Origin: Candidatus Saccharimonadales bacterium
Lineage (GTDB): Bacteria; Patescibacteriota; Saccharimonadia; Saccharimonadales; 2-12-FULL-41-12
NCBI GenBank assembly: GCA_036276755.1
Contig: DASUOG010000018.1
Location: 1-52,700, forward strand
Length of the DNA: 52,700 bases
Direction: 5' to 3'
How positions within the stretch are numbered: position 1 is the first letter of the stretch; each line of letters starts with the position of its first letter. This document shows positions 19,948-29,536 of the stretch, in pieces. Below the pieces are notes generated by a model. It had not been told where the DNA came from and searched no databases. It saw nothing but the letters and a program-made list of their open reading frames with translations. Both the position numbers and the translations under genes were made by a program.

Positions 19948-19977
19948 AAAACGGCCCAGCTTAAGGTGAGCCGTTTT
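19948..19977. terminator. Hairpin between convergent genes; probable bidirectional terminator
   Basis: AAAACGGC...GCCGTTTT stem immediately after the stop codon. Confidence 0.6.
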
Positions 19978-19996
19978 AATCAGTCGTTTTTGTGTA

Positions 19997-20629
19997 CTAT
20001 CTGCTGTCTTTGCCGGTATTCGCATATTGGATACACAAGCCTTGGTTTCGGAAACCAAACGCGGCGTATCCGCCCTTCTTACAAAAATCCTTGGTTATCT
20101 CACAACTTTCTACGTTGAACTCATTCCAGTTTACAAACGGATTCGGCTCATCCGGTCCGTCCAAAACCCAACCAAATCCGCCCTGACTTGTTGCATAGGC
20201 GTTGATGTCTGAGCTGAAGGTAGGCGTCCCGTAACCATTCCAAAGCGGCTGGTCATATGATCGTTCTGCACCGCCGAACACATTCCAGCTTATGGTTACG
20301 TCATCGCCGGAACCATAGAACGGCCCGGTTGTGATAGTCGCAACGCTTCCATCAGTAGGCACGTTTACAAATTGTGTATCACCCTCTGCGCTGACCACCA
20401 GGTACATATTACCGACTTTGTGTGTTCCGTCGGGGTCTATGATACCTGCACTGAATGTAGTTTCACCGCACGTACCGGTTTGATGCGAGATGTCGGCACC
20501 GTTATGTCCGGCGCTTGCCGTTGAAGATATTGCCAAGCTTGCCGCTATTGCCAGTGCAAGCGCAACAAAAAACAGGCCGAACCTGTTGATACCTTTTCTA
20601 ATTAAACCTTGTTGAAAACTATATACCAT
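19997..20629 (-). CDS. Secreted hypothetical protein with C-terminal C-K-x-G-G...F-x-N-Q-G-x-C motif
   Basis: Signal peptide ending ASA; terminal CKKGGYAAFGFRNQGLCIQY; SD AGGAGG. Confidence 0.75.
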   Translation of the reverse strand: MVYSFQQGLIRKGINRFGLFFVALALAIAASLAISSTASAGHNGADISHQTGTCGETTFSAGIIDPDGTHKVGNMYLVVSAEGDTQFVNVPTDGSVATITTGPFYGSGDDVTISWNVFGGAERSYDQPLWNGYGTPTFSSDINAYATSQGGFGWVLDGPDEPNPFVNWNEFNVESCEITKDFCKKGGYAAFGFRNQGLCIQYANTGKDSR

Positions 20630-20768
20630 GAACTCCTCCTGTATTCTTATGTATCTCTAGCTTAAATGACACTCATAACCAGCGCAAGCGCACAAGGTAA
20701 ATTAGTTAACCATACGGCTAACCGCGGAAACCTATAATCAGACCCGTCTTGCGTGCTATTGGACAGGA

Positions 20769-21884
20769 TTACTTAGGCAGGCTGAAATAAAACCGGGTGC
20801 CTTTGCTGTTGCTAGTGAACCACAAGCGGCCCTGAAGGATGCCGGCGATTTCTTTTGCCATGTACAAACCAAGCCCGCTTCCGTTGGGATCGATACTTTG
20901 GATATTAGGCGCTCTTGAGAACTTTGTGAAGATCTTGTCTTGGAAGTTTCTAGGTATACCGTACCCGTTGTCCTGCACGCGGAACACATATGATTTCTTG
21001 TTTGCCCAAAGGCTCAATTTGATTTTTCCTTCCCTGGGCGTGTATTTGATCGCGTTTGAAATAAGGTTGCTATAAATTTCACCGACAAACAAAGCGTCGG
21101 AATTAATGGTGAACGGTCTGTCTTGTATATCTAAAGCCAGCTTTAGATCTTTTTTTAACGCGTCCTGCTTAAGCTCCTCGACAATGCTCCTTAAAACGAC
21201 ATCCAGCTGCATGTCCTTGTAATTGATGTTGATCTTACCGGTTTCCAATTTTGAAATATCAAGCAGGGCGGAGATAAGCTTGTTCATACGTCGGGTTGAA
21301 GCAATTATGGTGTTCAGGCTTTCTTGTTGTTCTTTACTAACCTTGCCTTTGTATCCCTCTACCAGCATCTGCGCGTATATGCTGATAGCCGAAAGGGGCG
21401 TCCTCAGCTGGTGCGAGGCGATAGAGATGAATTCGCTTTTCATTTTATCGATTTCCAGCTCCAGACTCACATCTTCGAAGACTTCGATCGCGCCGAGCGG
21501 CTTGTTGTTCAGGATGATTGGCGAAACCGTGATATTGGCTGCCAATAAAGATTTATCCTTCTTTCTATAATAAGTGAGGGTGTTTACCGGTTTTCCGGTT
21601 AAAAACGATTGGGTTATCGGCCGGTCCATAGTCTCGATGACCTTCTTGTGCTTATCCAAAGCTACCAAAACCTGCGGGAACCATTTTCCGATTAACTCTT
21701 CTCTTTTAAAGCCAACCATTTCCAGGGCCCGATCATTAACCCGCTCTATCATTCCATTCTCGTCGGTCATTATGGCACCGGTACCAATGCTGTCGAACAT
21801 CGCTTCGACACGAGCATACTCAGGGTCGTTTTTGCTAACGTTCTTTTTAGAAAGCGACGGGCTTTTAACGATTTTGCTTAGCAT
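20769..21884 (-). CDS. Soluble PAS-domain sensor histidine kinase
   Basis: PAS domain, H-box SEFISIASHQLRTPL, N-box NLISNAIKYT, G1 QDNGYGI, G2 GSGLGL; no TM segment. Start set at MLSKIVK. Confidence 0.92.
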   Translation of the reverse strand: MLSKIVKSPSLSKKNVSKNDPEYARVEAMFDSIGTGAIMTDENGMIERVNDRALEMVGFKREELIGKWFPQVLVALDKHKKVIETMDRPITQSFLTGKPVNTLTYYRKKDKSLLAANITVSPIILNNKPLGAIEVFEDVSLELEIDKMKSEFISIASHQLRTPLSAISIYAQMLVEGYKGKVSKEQQESLNTIIASTRRMNKLISALLDISKLETGKININYKDMQLDVVLRSIVEELKQDALKKDLKLALDIQDRPFTINSDALFVGEIYSNLISNAIKYTPREGKIKLSLWANKKSYVFRVQDNGYGIPRNFQDKIFTKFSRAPNIQSIDPNGSGLGLYMAKEIAGILQGRLWFTSNSKGTRFYFSLPK

Positions 21885-22125
21885 CTTGGGACAAACTCTT
21901 GAGATTATCAATATACTCAGCGATAATTTTTTCGTCATTAGTAAGCAGGGATATCACCGCTTCAATCCAGATTATCAGCTTTGGCATATCCGAAGGCTTC
22001 AAATCCTCAGGCGCCTTATCCAAATGCGACGTTATCTGCCGGTCTATGAATCTTTTAGCGGCAGGCCCTAAGTAATCTTTGGTTATTTCAATTATCTGGT
22101 CGTATAAAGAATATATTTCCCTCAA
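21865..22125 (-). CDS. Small helical hypothetical protein coupled to the kinase
   Basis: 86 aa, TTG start right after the upstream stop, overlaps the kinase start; YLGPAAKRFIDRQI..HL motif. Confidence 0.75.
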   Translation of the reverse strand: MREIYSLYDQIIEITKDYLGPAAKRFIDRQITSHLDKAPEDLKPSDMPKLIIWIEAVISLLTNDEKIIAEYIDNLKSLSQDAKQNR

Positions 22126-22126
22126 T

Positions 22127-23047
22127 TCAAACCTTTTCTATTTTTTCTAATTTTTTTACGGATTTTACCATTAAAACAAAACCCAATAGGAGTATCACAA
22201 GAAGTAGATAGATTATCAGTAAAATAGTTTTCAATGTACTGTCGCTGAAGGCGGAAGATGAACTGGCTAGATACCTTATAAATACGATTGAAGTTACGAT
22301 ACAAAACAAACCTTTGGCAAAATAATCAAGCGCGCTTTTGTATATTATTCCGCGTACTTTCCTTCTATAAATATATAAGTTGAGTACAGCAAAAAACCCG
22401 TAATAAAACACCAGGATGTAGGGGATAACCACAGTGCCGATTATTAGCCAATCCGGCATATAATAGCCGGCTGTCTTAACGTCTTCCGTAGGGAATTGCC
22501 GCGCGGGATTATTCAGTGTCAAAAATATATAAAACTCACTGATAGCGATAATCGGAATAAGCGCCAGATACTTCCAGCCGGAAGCTTTTTTCGCCTCTTT
22601 CAAACTGCTGAGTTCGCTGGCACCTTTATAAATCAAAAGAAGGGCGGCGAGAACAAGGAGCAGGTTGAGGTAATTGTTTATGATCACCAGGGGCATCGTC
22701 CAGGAAGGCTGGACCCTGTATGCATAATTGGATAAGTTGGAAACTATCGTGCTGATCGGCAGCCATAAACAAAGCAGCAACACACCGGTGCTGATGGTCG
22801 AGAAAATCCGTCCGTCCTTGTAATTTGAAATGCTGTCAACATAGGACTTGAACTTTATATATACATACGACCCCAGCATCCAGACGAAGGCTATCGGCAG
22901 GGCAAAGGTGAGAGCCAATAATTTGGCTTCCGTTTCGCTCAGGCGGAATTTAGCTAGCGCGGACGAGTCCGGTGGGATAAGTAATACTTCCATTATATAG
23001 ATGACTGTCAGTGCTATAAACACCCAGAAAATTCTTTTATTGGCCAT
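22127..23047 (-). CDS. Polytopic membrane protein (~7-8 TM), putative receptor
   Basis: 306 aa of repeated hydrophobic segments; first gene of a tightly coupled 3-gene unit ending in a PAS kinase. Confidence 0.75.
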   Translation of the reverse strand: MANKRIFWVFIALTVIYIMEVLLIPPDSSALAKFRLSETEAKLLALTFALPIAFVWMLGSYVYIKFKSYVDSISNYKDGRIFSTISTGVLLLCLWLPISTIVSNLSNYAYRVQPSWTMPLVIINNYLNLLLVLAALLLIYKGASELSSLKEAKKASGWKYLALIPIIAISEFYIFLTLNNPARQFPTEDVKTAGYYMPDWLIIGTVVIPYILVFYYGFFAVLNLYIYRRKVRGIIYKSALDYFAKGLFCIVTSIVFIRYLASSSSAFSDSTLKTILLIIYLLLVILLLGFVLMVKSVKKLEKIEKV

Positions 23048-23129
23048 TACGCAAGCAGTCCCTCATAGGTTGAATAAAAATTATCACCATTTATCGAACG
23101 GGAGTGTGAAGTATTTTACAAAGGCGGGC

Positions 23130-23351
23130 CTAAATATCTAACAATTTTAATATTAAATAAGCCGTTAGCCCAAGGGCAAACGGGTAAATTATGAACAGCC
23201 AGAGGTAGGATATGAGGTTTGTACTGCCGGGTTCTTTTACAAAATCATACCAAGTGTTCACGCCGGCTTTACCGGCCAGGAAGTTCAGCGCCAGCGCAAC
23301 GGCCAGTATGCTGATGCCGACTAAAAAGATGGGAAAAATCTTATCAAACAT
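23130..23351 (-). CDS. Small 2-TM membrane protein
   Basis: 73 aa, two hydrophobic helices; TATAGT 8 nt upstream of the ATG. Confidence 0.65.
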   Translation of the reverse strand: MFDKIFPIFLVGISILAVALALNFLAGKAGVNTWYDFVKEPGSTNLISYLWLFIIYPFALGLTAYLILKLLDI

Positions 23352-23389
23352 ATAGTTAAACTATAGCGTACTAGTCCGCAGCATAGCGA

Positions 23390-23665
23390 TTAATACAAAA
23401 TCAAGCCCACAACAATCAGAATCTCCAGAATAGCCAAAGGCACATAAGTGATGATGAGTAATTTTTCTTTGTGGACTATACCGAACCAAGCAAAAAGAAG
23501 GGAAGCGAACAGATAAAAAGACCAGGTTGCCAGTGAGACTCCCAATGTCTGTTTGCTAATGATGACATTGTAGGTCTGCGGTATGGTTAAGATGGGAATC
23601 ATAAAACCGATAAAGTAAGTCAATTGGTCCAGATTCTTATTCTTGTGTTTTTTAACGAGTTTCAT
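23390..23665 (-). CDS. PQ-loop / SemiSWEET-like small membrane protein
   Basis: 91 aa, three hydrophobic helices, TIPQ motif then GVSLATW. Confidence 0.7.
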   Translation of the reverse strand: MKLVKKHKNKNLDQLTYFIGFMIPILTIPQTYNVIISKQTLGVSLATWSFYLFASLLFAWFGIVHKEKLLIITYVPLAILEILIVVGLILY

Positions 23666-23730
23666 CCATAGCTCTTTGTAGTAATTATAACAAAGAGCCA
23701 GGTTTTATTAAGTATAATTTAGATCTATTG

Positions 23731-23759
23731 TTGACTATACAAGCAATAGCTTGTATAAT
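23731..23759 (+). promoter_or_regulatory. Sigma70-type promoter
   Basis: TTGACT-17 nt-TATAAT, 12 nt upstream of ATG 23772. Confidence 0.7.
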
Positions 23760-23771
23760 TAGTTTCTTAAT

Positions 23772-24656
23772 ATGAGCTTTGGTATTGAAGATAGGGGAAA
23801 AGAAGGTTTCCCCGATGGAGATGTCGCTCCGGTTATGGACGGGGCTTTGTTGCAAGAGGTATCCGATCGGCTGGGTAGAGTTGGTTTATCCGGTGCCGCC
23901 GGGGTCGAAGAGCAACTTGAAGCCATGGACGTTTTCTGGGAGACCCTCGGCCGGTTTGTACCTGAGCTGGACGATGAACAGATGGATAGGCTTGATGAAG
24001 CCGTCCGATCTCATCCCGCACGGCGTGTTTTACCCACCCCGCTTTTGGACATAAGCGAGCTTAAAGCCGTCGCCGAGCGGGCGCGTGGGTTCCCCAGGCA
24101 GAATCTTAACCCGGATAACTCCGTGCTATGGCTTCCCGGCGAGAACCAGGCCTCCGGCAGGTTAATCAGAAATCCTAGAGGAGTAACACAGGATAAAGAC
24201 ATGGATTTAGGTTTGTTTTATAAAACTCCCGGCAGAAAGCTAACGGATCGGGAAGGTTTTATGACTGACATGCTTCAAAGGGGACGGGCAGTCGCCGAGG
24301 ATGGAACAGTATGGGTCTTTCCTGTTTTAGACGTTCGTATACGCAATTCCGGACGACGGGGCGCCCCGGCTATGGAGTGTTTCAAGCGGAATGATCCCGT
24401 AGTGACTACGGAAGTACTTGTTACCAAACAACTTCTGCATCAGGCACTTGGTATGACAGCTTCGGGCAGGTATTTGGAATTTGCCAATGGCGGAGTCTAC
24501 AGTCTTAAGGAAGACGGTACGCCGCAACGCTTACATTTTGCTCCGGGGGTGCACTGGGCTGGGAAAGAAAGACGTATAGGAATTTATTACAAACGGGCCC
24601 GGGGCAGGGGTCATCATATACATTACGGATTTACCCCTGCCACGAGCGGCCTTTGA
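23772..24656 (+). CDS. Hypothetical protein
   Basis: 294-aa ORF behind a near-consensus promoter; no family recognised. Confidence 0.7.
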   Translation: MSFGIEDRGKEGFPDGDVAPVMDGALLQEVSDRLGRVGLSGAAGVEEQLEAMDVFWETLGRFVPELDDEQMDRLDEAVRSHPARRVLPTPLLDISELKAVAERARGFPRQNLNPDNSVLWLPGENQASGRLIRNPRGVTQDKDMDLGLFYKTPGRKLTDREGFMTDMLQRGRAVAEDGTVWVFPVLDVRIRNSGRRGAPAMECFKRNDPVVTTEVLVTKQLLHQALGMTASGRYLEFANGGVYSLKEDGTPQRLHFAPGVHWAGKERRIGIYYKRARGRGHHIHYGFTPATSGL

Positions 24657-24820
24657 GCCTTACGTGATTATAGAAATTAGGAAAGGCTCAAGCATAAAAC
24701 ATATTATACAATATATTTTTTTACGTAAAATTACAGGGGTAAACATGGGCGTTGAATAATCCACAACGGCAAAATCCGATAGATTGCTTGTACTAAAAAA
24801 ACTTATGATATAATTAACTT

Positions 24821-24912
24821 AGCGTTTTTGAGATGATTGTGAGACAGTTCAAAAATGCAGTGAAACGTGAAGTTTTGAGAGGTAAAAAGAGCCGAAAAAG
24901 GGCTCTTTTTGT
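24821..24912 (+). ncRNA. Candidate orphan small RNA (~90 nt)
   Basis: Extended -10 TGaTATAAT at 24806-24814, 5' stem GCGTTTTTGA/TCAAAAATGC, ends in an intrinsic terminator. Confidence 0.35.
24884..24910. terminator. Bidirectional intrinsic terminator
   Basis: AAAAAGAGCC-gaaaaag-GGCTCTTTTT, perfect 10-bp arms. Confidence 0.85.
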
Positions 24913-24918
24913 TCGTTT

Positions 24919-24934
24919 TGGCTGGAAAAGAGGG
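24919..24934 (-). repeat. Short copy of the tRNA-Gln 3' end (att-like remnant)
   Basis: TGGCTGGAAAAGAGGG vs TGGCTGGGGAAGAGGG at 30759-30774 (14/16 identical); 8 nt from the terminator. Confidence 0.5.
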
Positions 24935-24953
24935 GCGGCTCAGCTTTTAACTT

Positions 24954-25020
24954 TGGCTGGCGAGGAGGGATTCGAACCCTCGATCACGGGACCAGCCGTT
25001 ACCTTACCAGTTGGCCACTT
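24954..25020 (-). pseudogene. Degenerate tRNA-Gln copy (island boundary / att-like repeat)
   Basis: 39/42 identity to the 3' part of the tRNA at 30759-30800, then a 3-nt deletion in the anticodon arm, a recognisable D arm and a lost 5' acceptor strand. Confidence 0.85.
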
Positions 25021-25068
25021 ACACTTATTAAGTATGCATACGAAAACAATTGGTTTTATGTTTAATTA

Positions 25069-26046
25069 TTATAATTTCCGTTCGACCCATCTTGGCATTT
25101 CCATTTCGCCTAATAACTGACCGAGCCTTTGCATCTGTTCAGTATTGTCTGCAAAAAAGCCTCCTTGCACCAGCTTAGACTCATCGAGTCCTTCTTGAGC
25201 TACCTTAGACTGGAATACAATCTGTCTAAGCATAGAATAAATGCGGAAAATGTTTAATAAGTCAGGATTTAGCTGATATTTTCTAGATTCTTCATAAGCT
25301 TGTATCAGTGTATCTACTACGGCTTTATTATGGTGTGACCAATCCATAAGCTTTACAAAATCTTTCTCAGGAGGGGCTATTACAGCCGAATCCCAATCTA
25401 ATAAACAAATCCTGCCAATAGGACGCAGTATCATATTTTTGAAATGAGCGTCATTGTGCACCAGAACCAATGAACTCTCTGCCGCCTCTATAGTAGGCAA
25501 GTATTTCGTAAGAAATGCATCTATACTATCTGCTTCATAACCTGCATCTATCGCGGTTGACTTGAAATCTTTCACAAAACTTCCAGACCAGCTTACTTCT
25601 GGGTCGGATTTTTTACCTTCAACGAAGTCGAGGTAGTTGCTCGCGCCGTTGGATGGCACATGAACATCGGCCATTAGCCGACCGACACTCTCAGCTATTT
25701 CATCATCTAAAGCTAACTTATGTAAAAGTGTACCTTCAACGAATTCGGATATAAGTAGTTGAGGCCGTCTTTTATCATCGGCATATAAAACAGCGGGGAT
25801 ATCAACAATGCCTAGACTTTCTATGAAAGGTTCCTTAATGCACTCTTCATACCAAAACTCTGTTGCGGTGCGATAGCGAACACAACTTTTGCCACCCTCT
25901 GTATCTGCCACAACAACAATGGTATTTTGCCTACCGTCATGTATAAGTTCTGCACTGGCCACCTCTACGCCTAGAAGAGAACTGCAATCTGTTGCAGCAA
26001 TAGCTTCAAATTGCTTTGCCCGTTCAATGTCTGCTGGAGCACTCAT
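25069..26046 (-). CDS. Aminoglycoside phosphotransferase / choline kinase (APH) family kinase
   Basis: GRQN.I loop, IP.VL, LISEFVEG, LVHNDAHFKNMI (Brenner motif), LLDWD, P.KD. Confidence 0.85.
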   Translation of the reverse strand: MSAPADIERAKQFEAIAATDCSSLLGVEVASAELIHDGRQNTIVVVADTEGGKSCVRYRTATEFWYEECIKEPFIESLGIVDIPAVLYADDKRRPQLLISEFVEGTLLHKLALDDEIAESVGRLMADVHVPSNGASNYLDFVEGKKSDPEVSWSGSFVKDFKSTAIDAGYEADSIDAFLTKYLPTIEAAESSLVLVHNDAHFKNMILRPIGRICLLDWDSAVIAPPEKDFVKLMDWSHHNKAVVDTLIQAYEESRKYQLNPDLLNIFRIYSMLRQIVFQSKVAQEGLDESKLVQGGFFADNTEQMQRLGQLLGEMEMPRWVERKL

Positions 26047-26273
26047 ATATATCCTTAATTCATTTATTATGAAGCGATATCTATCTATAAGTAAAGTATT
26101 ATTTTGAAGCCATACAATTTAGATCGATGTGTAATACATATTATACTATTTTTTAATATCTGTCAAATTTTTGCTTATGTATTAATATTTTTTGTATTCT
26201 TCATACTTCTCAAGATTTCTAAAAATATTAAAACTATTAATAAATAATCTGAAGGGTGATGTCGAATATTTAA

Positions 26274-27641
26274 TTAAATTTTCGATGCCACACGAATAGC
26301 ATTTGCCGCTAAAGATAATGTTACATTTGCTCCGCCTGATGTAGGCATAAATGACGCGTCAATAACAAATAAGCCTTCACAGTCATAACTCATGCAATTT
26401 GGATCAAGAACCCCGGTACTATAATCCAGCCCAAACTGCAGGCCACCATGCACATGAGTTGAGAGGTAATTCCTAATATCAACTCTATGTTCCAATGTAT
26501 TCTTATCGTAACCAAGTTTTTCTAAAAAAAATAACATTTTTTTGAATGCTCTTTTTCTAAGCTCGATATCGTGAACATGCTGTTTGTAATGTATAGCCGG
26601 AATAGGCACACCGCTATTATTAACAAATCTGGAAAGGGTTACACGATTTTCCATTAACGGCATGGCCTCCCCTTTAAAATTGATTTGAACAACATACTTC
26701 TTTTTTTCTTGATTAAGTCTATCTAGAGAAAAATTAGACTTTATTATTTCTTCTTTTCTTTGTTCTTCACCTTTAAAAAATAATCTGTCAGAAAAGCTAT
26801 ACTTACCACTTTTAATAGTGGTTGCCGTTGAGGATTCGTATTCATCCATGTATGCCAAAGTGAAGATATTTCTTTTCTGAGGTGTCCTGTCTATGTCTAC
26901 GATTGCCCGAACATACATATCCGTTAGAAAGGTGATCTTTCTCCCGACCAAACCGTTCTTACCTAACCCTGATAGCAAAAAAAGTCTTATCGACTCGAGA
27001 GTTGAGCATCCTAAAACAACAATTTTAGAGCTTAAGCTGAACTCCACTCCAGTTTTGTTGTCTATACAATAGACACCAGTAACTTTTCCATTCTTGTGCT
27101 GCACTTTAGCAACCTGGGTATCAAAGTATTCTGTAACTTGATTTTTTGTAGACACCAGTCCATACAAGTTTGCAGGTTTGCCATCAACTTCCGAGGTCGC
27201 TATATGCTCGGTATTAATATTGTGCTTGCGTAGTTTTTCAGCTATTTGCGATTCAAACTTGGTTGCACTTATTGCCGGCGTTTTAAGAAACTCATATGCT
27301 TTAGGGTAGTAGCGATTAAATATCTTGTAGCTAACACACCAGTTATCAAGAATCGCACCCGAAACTCTGCTATCGTTCTTGAAAGTACCTAAATTAAAGT
27401 CCAGTTCCGACAATTCCACTAGATGCCCGTGCCAAGCCTGTGTCGTGCCGCCTTTTCCCGCTCTGAGCCATTTCTGCTCATGTTTAATATTATTAAATTC
27501 AAATTCAGGTACATGCATTTGGGTGCTTGACCCATTTTCAATCACTGCGATCTTATGAGATGGGTGTAATTTGCTATATTCATTAATGAAAGAACTTGAA
27601 GACGCTCCAGTACCCACTATTACAATATCGTAATCTACCAT
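26274..27641 (-). CDS. GMC family FAD-dependent oxidoreductase
   Basis: YDIVIVGTGASS, GGTTQAW, ESIRLFLLSG, NRVTL, H.HGG, GVLDPNC...GLFVIDASFMPTSGGANVTL. Confidence 0.88.
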   Translation of the reverse strand: MVDYDIVIVGTGASSSSFINEYSKLHPSHKIAVIENGSSTQMHVPEFEFNNIKHEQKWLRAGKGGTTQAWHGHLVELSELDFNLGTFKNDSRVSGAILDNWCVSYKIFNRYYPKAYEFLKTPAISATKFESQIAEKLRKHNINTEHIATSEVDGKPANLYGLVSTKNQVTEYFDTQVAKVQHKNGKVTGVYCIDNKTGVEFSLSSKIVVLGCSTLESIRLFLLSGLGKNGLVGRKITFLTDMYVRAIVDIDRTPQKRNIFTLAYMDEYESSTATTIKSGKYSFSDRLFFKGEEQRKEEIIKSNFSLDRLNQEKKKYVVQINFKGEAMPLMENRVTLSRFVNNSGVPIPAIHYKQHVHDIELRKRAFKKMLFFLEKLGYDKNTLEHRVDIRNYLSTHVHGGLQFGLDYSTGVLDPNCMSYDCEGLFVIDASFMPTSGGANVTLSLAANAIRVASKI

Positions 27642-28471
27642 CTAAAAGACTCACATATATAGGTAGGAATATCTAAGGATCTGCCCTTAATGGTTTCGCA
27701 GAGTTTGTTCGTACTATTATCTAGCATGTTAAAATTGTCAAAAGCTGCGCCAGTAGTCACTAGAAGTGTATCAAAACCTTGGGTAAATGCGCCTACGCAA
27801 TCAGAAAAATATTGATCGCCAATTGCAAGAACCGTTTTTGGGGAATTAATTTTGAATTTATACATACAATGCTCGTATATGTATTTTTCTGGTTTACCAA
27901 AATTAACAACTTGCCCTCCATTTGACTCATACTTGTGACATATTTTGTCAAGGCCTTTAAAAATACCATTTGTTCGTACGGTACTTTTATCTCTAGTAGG
28001 CACTATTAAGGGTATGTTTTTGTTTATAGCAGCTTTCATCCAGTAGTCATGGACTGAAATTTCGTTCTCTGGCTTAACTCTTAACAACACTACGGCATCA
28101 GAATCTTCTACATTTTCAACTTGCCTGTTAATTATATTCTCCACTACTGACAAGTCTTCGTCTTCAGCCACAAAGTACACCTTGCGAAATTCTTCATCGT
28201 TTTGCATATGCATTGTCAGCATATCCGCCGATGTAAATACATCACTGAATAAGCTAATATTGCAATTGAGATTAGCCATTAAATTTTGATTGGTTCTTTT
28301 ATTTCTGCTGGAATTGGTGATAATAATTGAATGTTTTTTATTAGCTTTAATGTTTTCAAGACATTCATTCACACCCTCATACAAGTTGTTGCCGTCATGG
28401 ATTACGCCCCATTGATCTATTAGCAAATAGTCGTAATTTTGAATAATTTCAGATATTCCGGATATTATCAT
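27635..28471 (-). CDS. HAD subfamily IIA hydrolase
   Basis: IDQWGVIHDG, ITNSSR, GKP...IY, IGDQ..SD..GA, LVTTG. Confidence 0.88.
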   Translation of the reverse strand: MIISGISEIIQNYDYLLIDQWGVIHDGNNLYEGVNECLENIKANKKHSIIITNSSRNKRTNQNLMANLNCNISLFSDVFTSADMLTMHMQNDEEFRKVYFVAEDEDLSVVENIINRQVENVEDSDAVVLLRVKPENEISVHDYWMKAAINKNIPLIVPTRDKSTVRTNGIFKGLDKICHKYESNGGQVVNFGKPEKYIYEHCMYKFKINSPKTVLAIGDQYFSDCVGAFTQGFDTLLVTTGAAFDNFNMLDNSTNKLCETIKGRSLDIPTYICESFRW

Positions 28472-29534
28472 AGTTGTCGTTTACAAATTTATTGATTAAT
28501 TTAGTGAGTTGGTGCATGTGATGTTCTTTCGAAGAAATCGAAACTCGGAAGAACCCGGCTGGCATATCATGTCGGTCAAAGACTTTTATAATTAATTGAT
28601 TGCCTAAAAGGTAATCGTACATAGGTTCAACCGTTCGAGGGTCTGTCTTACACAGTATGAACGACGCTTTAGATTGATACGCTTTTATTTTATTTGCAAT
28701 AGTGGGGTGGGTTAGGTTTCGGTGCGTATGGTTTTTTAAGTCTATTACTTTGGTAATTTTTTGTAAAAAAACTTCATCGTATCTTATGCATTCGGATGCG
28801 ATAAGATCAGTAAGAATATTATTTCCTAAATAATTGTCAAATATCTTTAATTCCTTAGCAAATTCGTGTCCTATAAATGTATACCCCACTCGTAATGCAG
28901 AAATGCCATATAGCTTCGACATGGACCTGCAGACTGAAATATTAGGGAAACGCCTCATGAATTTTGTCGGATTATAGTCAGAATCAGTGAAACAAATGTA
29001 TGTTTCATCAATGATGAATAGTGCAGAAGGAAATTCTGCTACGATTTCATATACCGCCCTTACGTTTGTAAACCCACCAGTAGGATTCGATGGGTTGTTA
29101 ATTATGACTAATGGTCGTTTGCCTTTCGACAAGATGCTTATTATGTTCTCTTTGAGGGAGTCAATGTCTAGTTTAAATAAACCGGATACGTCATCTACTG
29201 AGTAGAATCGCGGTTCATGACCATATTTTGAAGATAGAACTCGATAATAACCCCAGGAATATTTTGGAAGTAGGAGTTGGAGATTGCCGTCAATTGTGCG
29301 AGAAAATGCGGATAGAAGAAAATCCTCGACCCCATTTGATATATGGATTTCGCTTTTTGAACAATTGTATTTTTCAATCAGAGCCTTTTCCAGCCTTAGC
29401 TCTGTGTTGTAAATACTGAAGTTTATATTATTTCTTTCTATAAGATCCGAGACACTGAAAGGTAGGTCGTTGTGTAACTCATTTCTTGATAAATCTATTG
29501 CTTTTGGATTTGTTTGCCGATTGATTCTGTTCAT
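28449..29534 (-). CDS. PLP-dependent class I/II enzyme, HisC/CobD-like (aminotransferase or decarboxylase)
   Basis: IDLSRNE, SNG.ED, NNPSNPTG, IIDETY, RSMSKLYGISALRVGY (PLP lysine), FRVSI. Confidence 0.88.
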   Translation of the reverse strand: MNRINRQTNPKAIDLSRNELHNDLPFSVSDLIERNNINFSIYNTELRLEKALIEKYNCSKSEIHISNGVEDFLLSAFSRTIDGNLQLLLPKYSWGYYRVLSSKYGHEPRFYSVDDVSGLFKLDIDSLKENIISILSKGKRPLVIINNPSNPTGGFTNVRAVYEIVAEFPSALFIIDETYICFTDSDYNPTKFMRRFPNISVCRSMSKLYGISALRVGYTFIGHEFAKELKIFDNYLGNNILTDLIASECIRYDEVFLQKITKVIDLKNHTHRNLTHPTIANKIKAYQSKASFILCKTDPRTVEPMYDYLLGNQLIIKVFDRHDMPAGFFRVSISSKEHHMHQLTKLINKFVNDNYDNIRNI

Positions 29535-29536
29535 TA

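Noticed and set aside
24824..24882. GTTTTTGAGA...TCAAAAAT and a second GTTTTGAGAG resembling type II CRISPR repeats
   Set aside because: Only about 9-10 nt are shared, there is no regular repeat-spacer period and no cas genes are in the window.
24954..25020. Second functional tRNA-Gln
   Set aside because: The anticodon arm has a 3-nt deletion and the 5' acceptor strand cannot pair with the 3' strand.
24833..25120. 95-aa + strand ORF
   Set aside because: It reads through a strong terminator and the antisense of the tRNA remnant (LAGEEGFEPS is the typical translation of an antisense tRNA); no SD.
25069..26046. Bona fide aminoglycoside resistance gene
   Set aside because: Only generic APH/choline-kinase motifs are visible; the substrate cannot be assigned from sequence.
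28449..29534. Housekeeping hisC of a histidine pathway
   Set aside because: No other his genes nearby; it is embedded in a low-GC island with unrelated enzymes, so no gene symbol was given.
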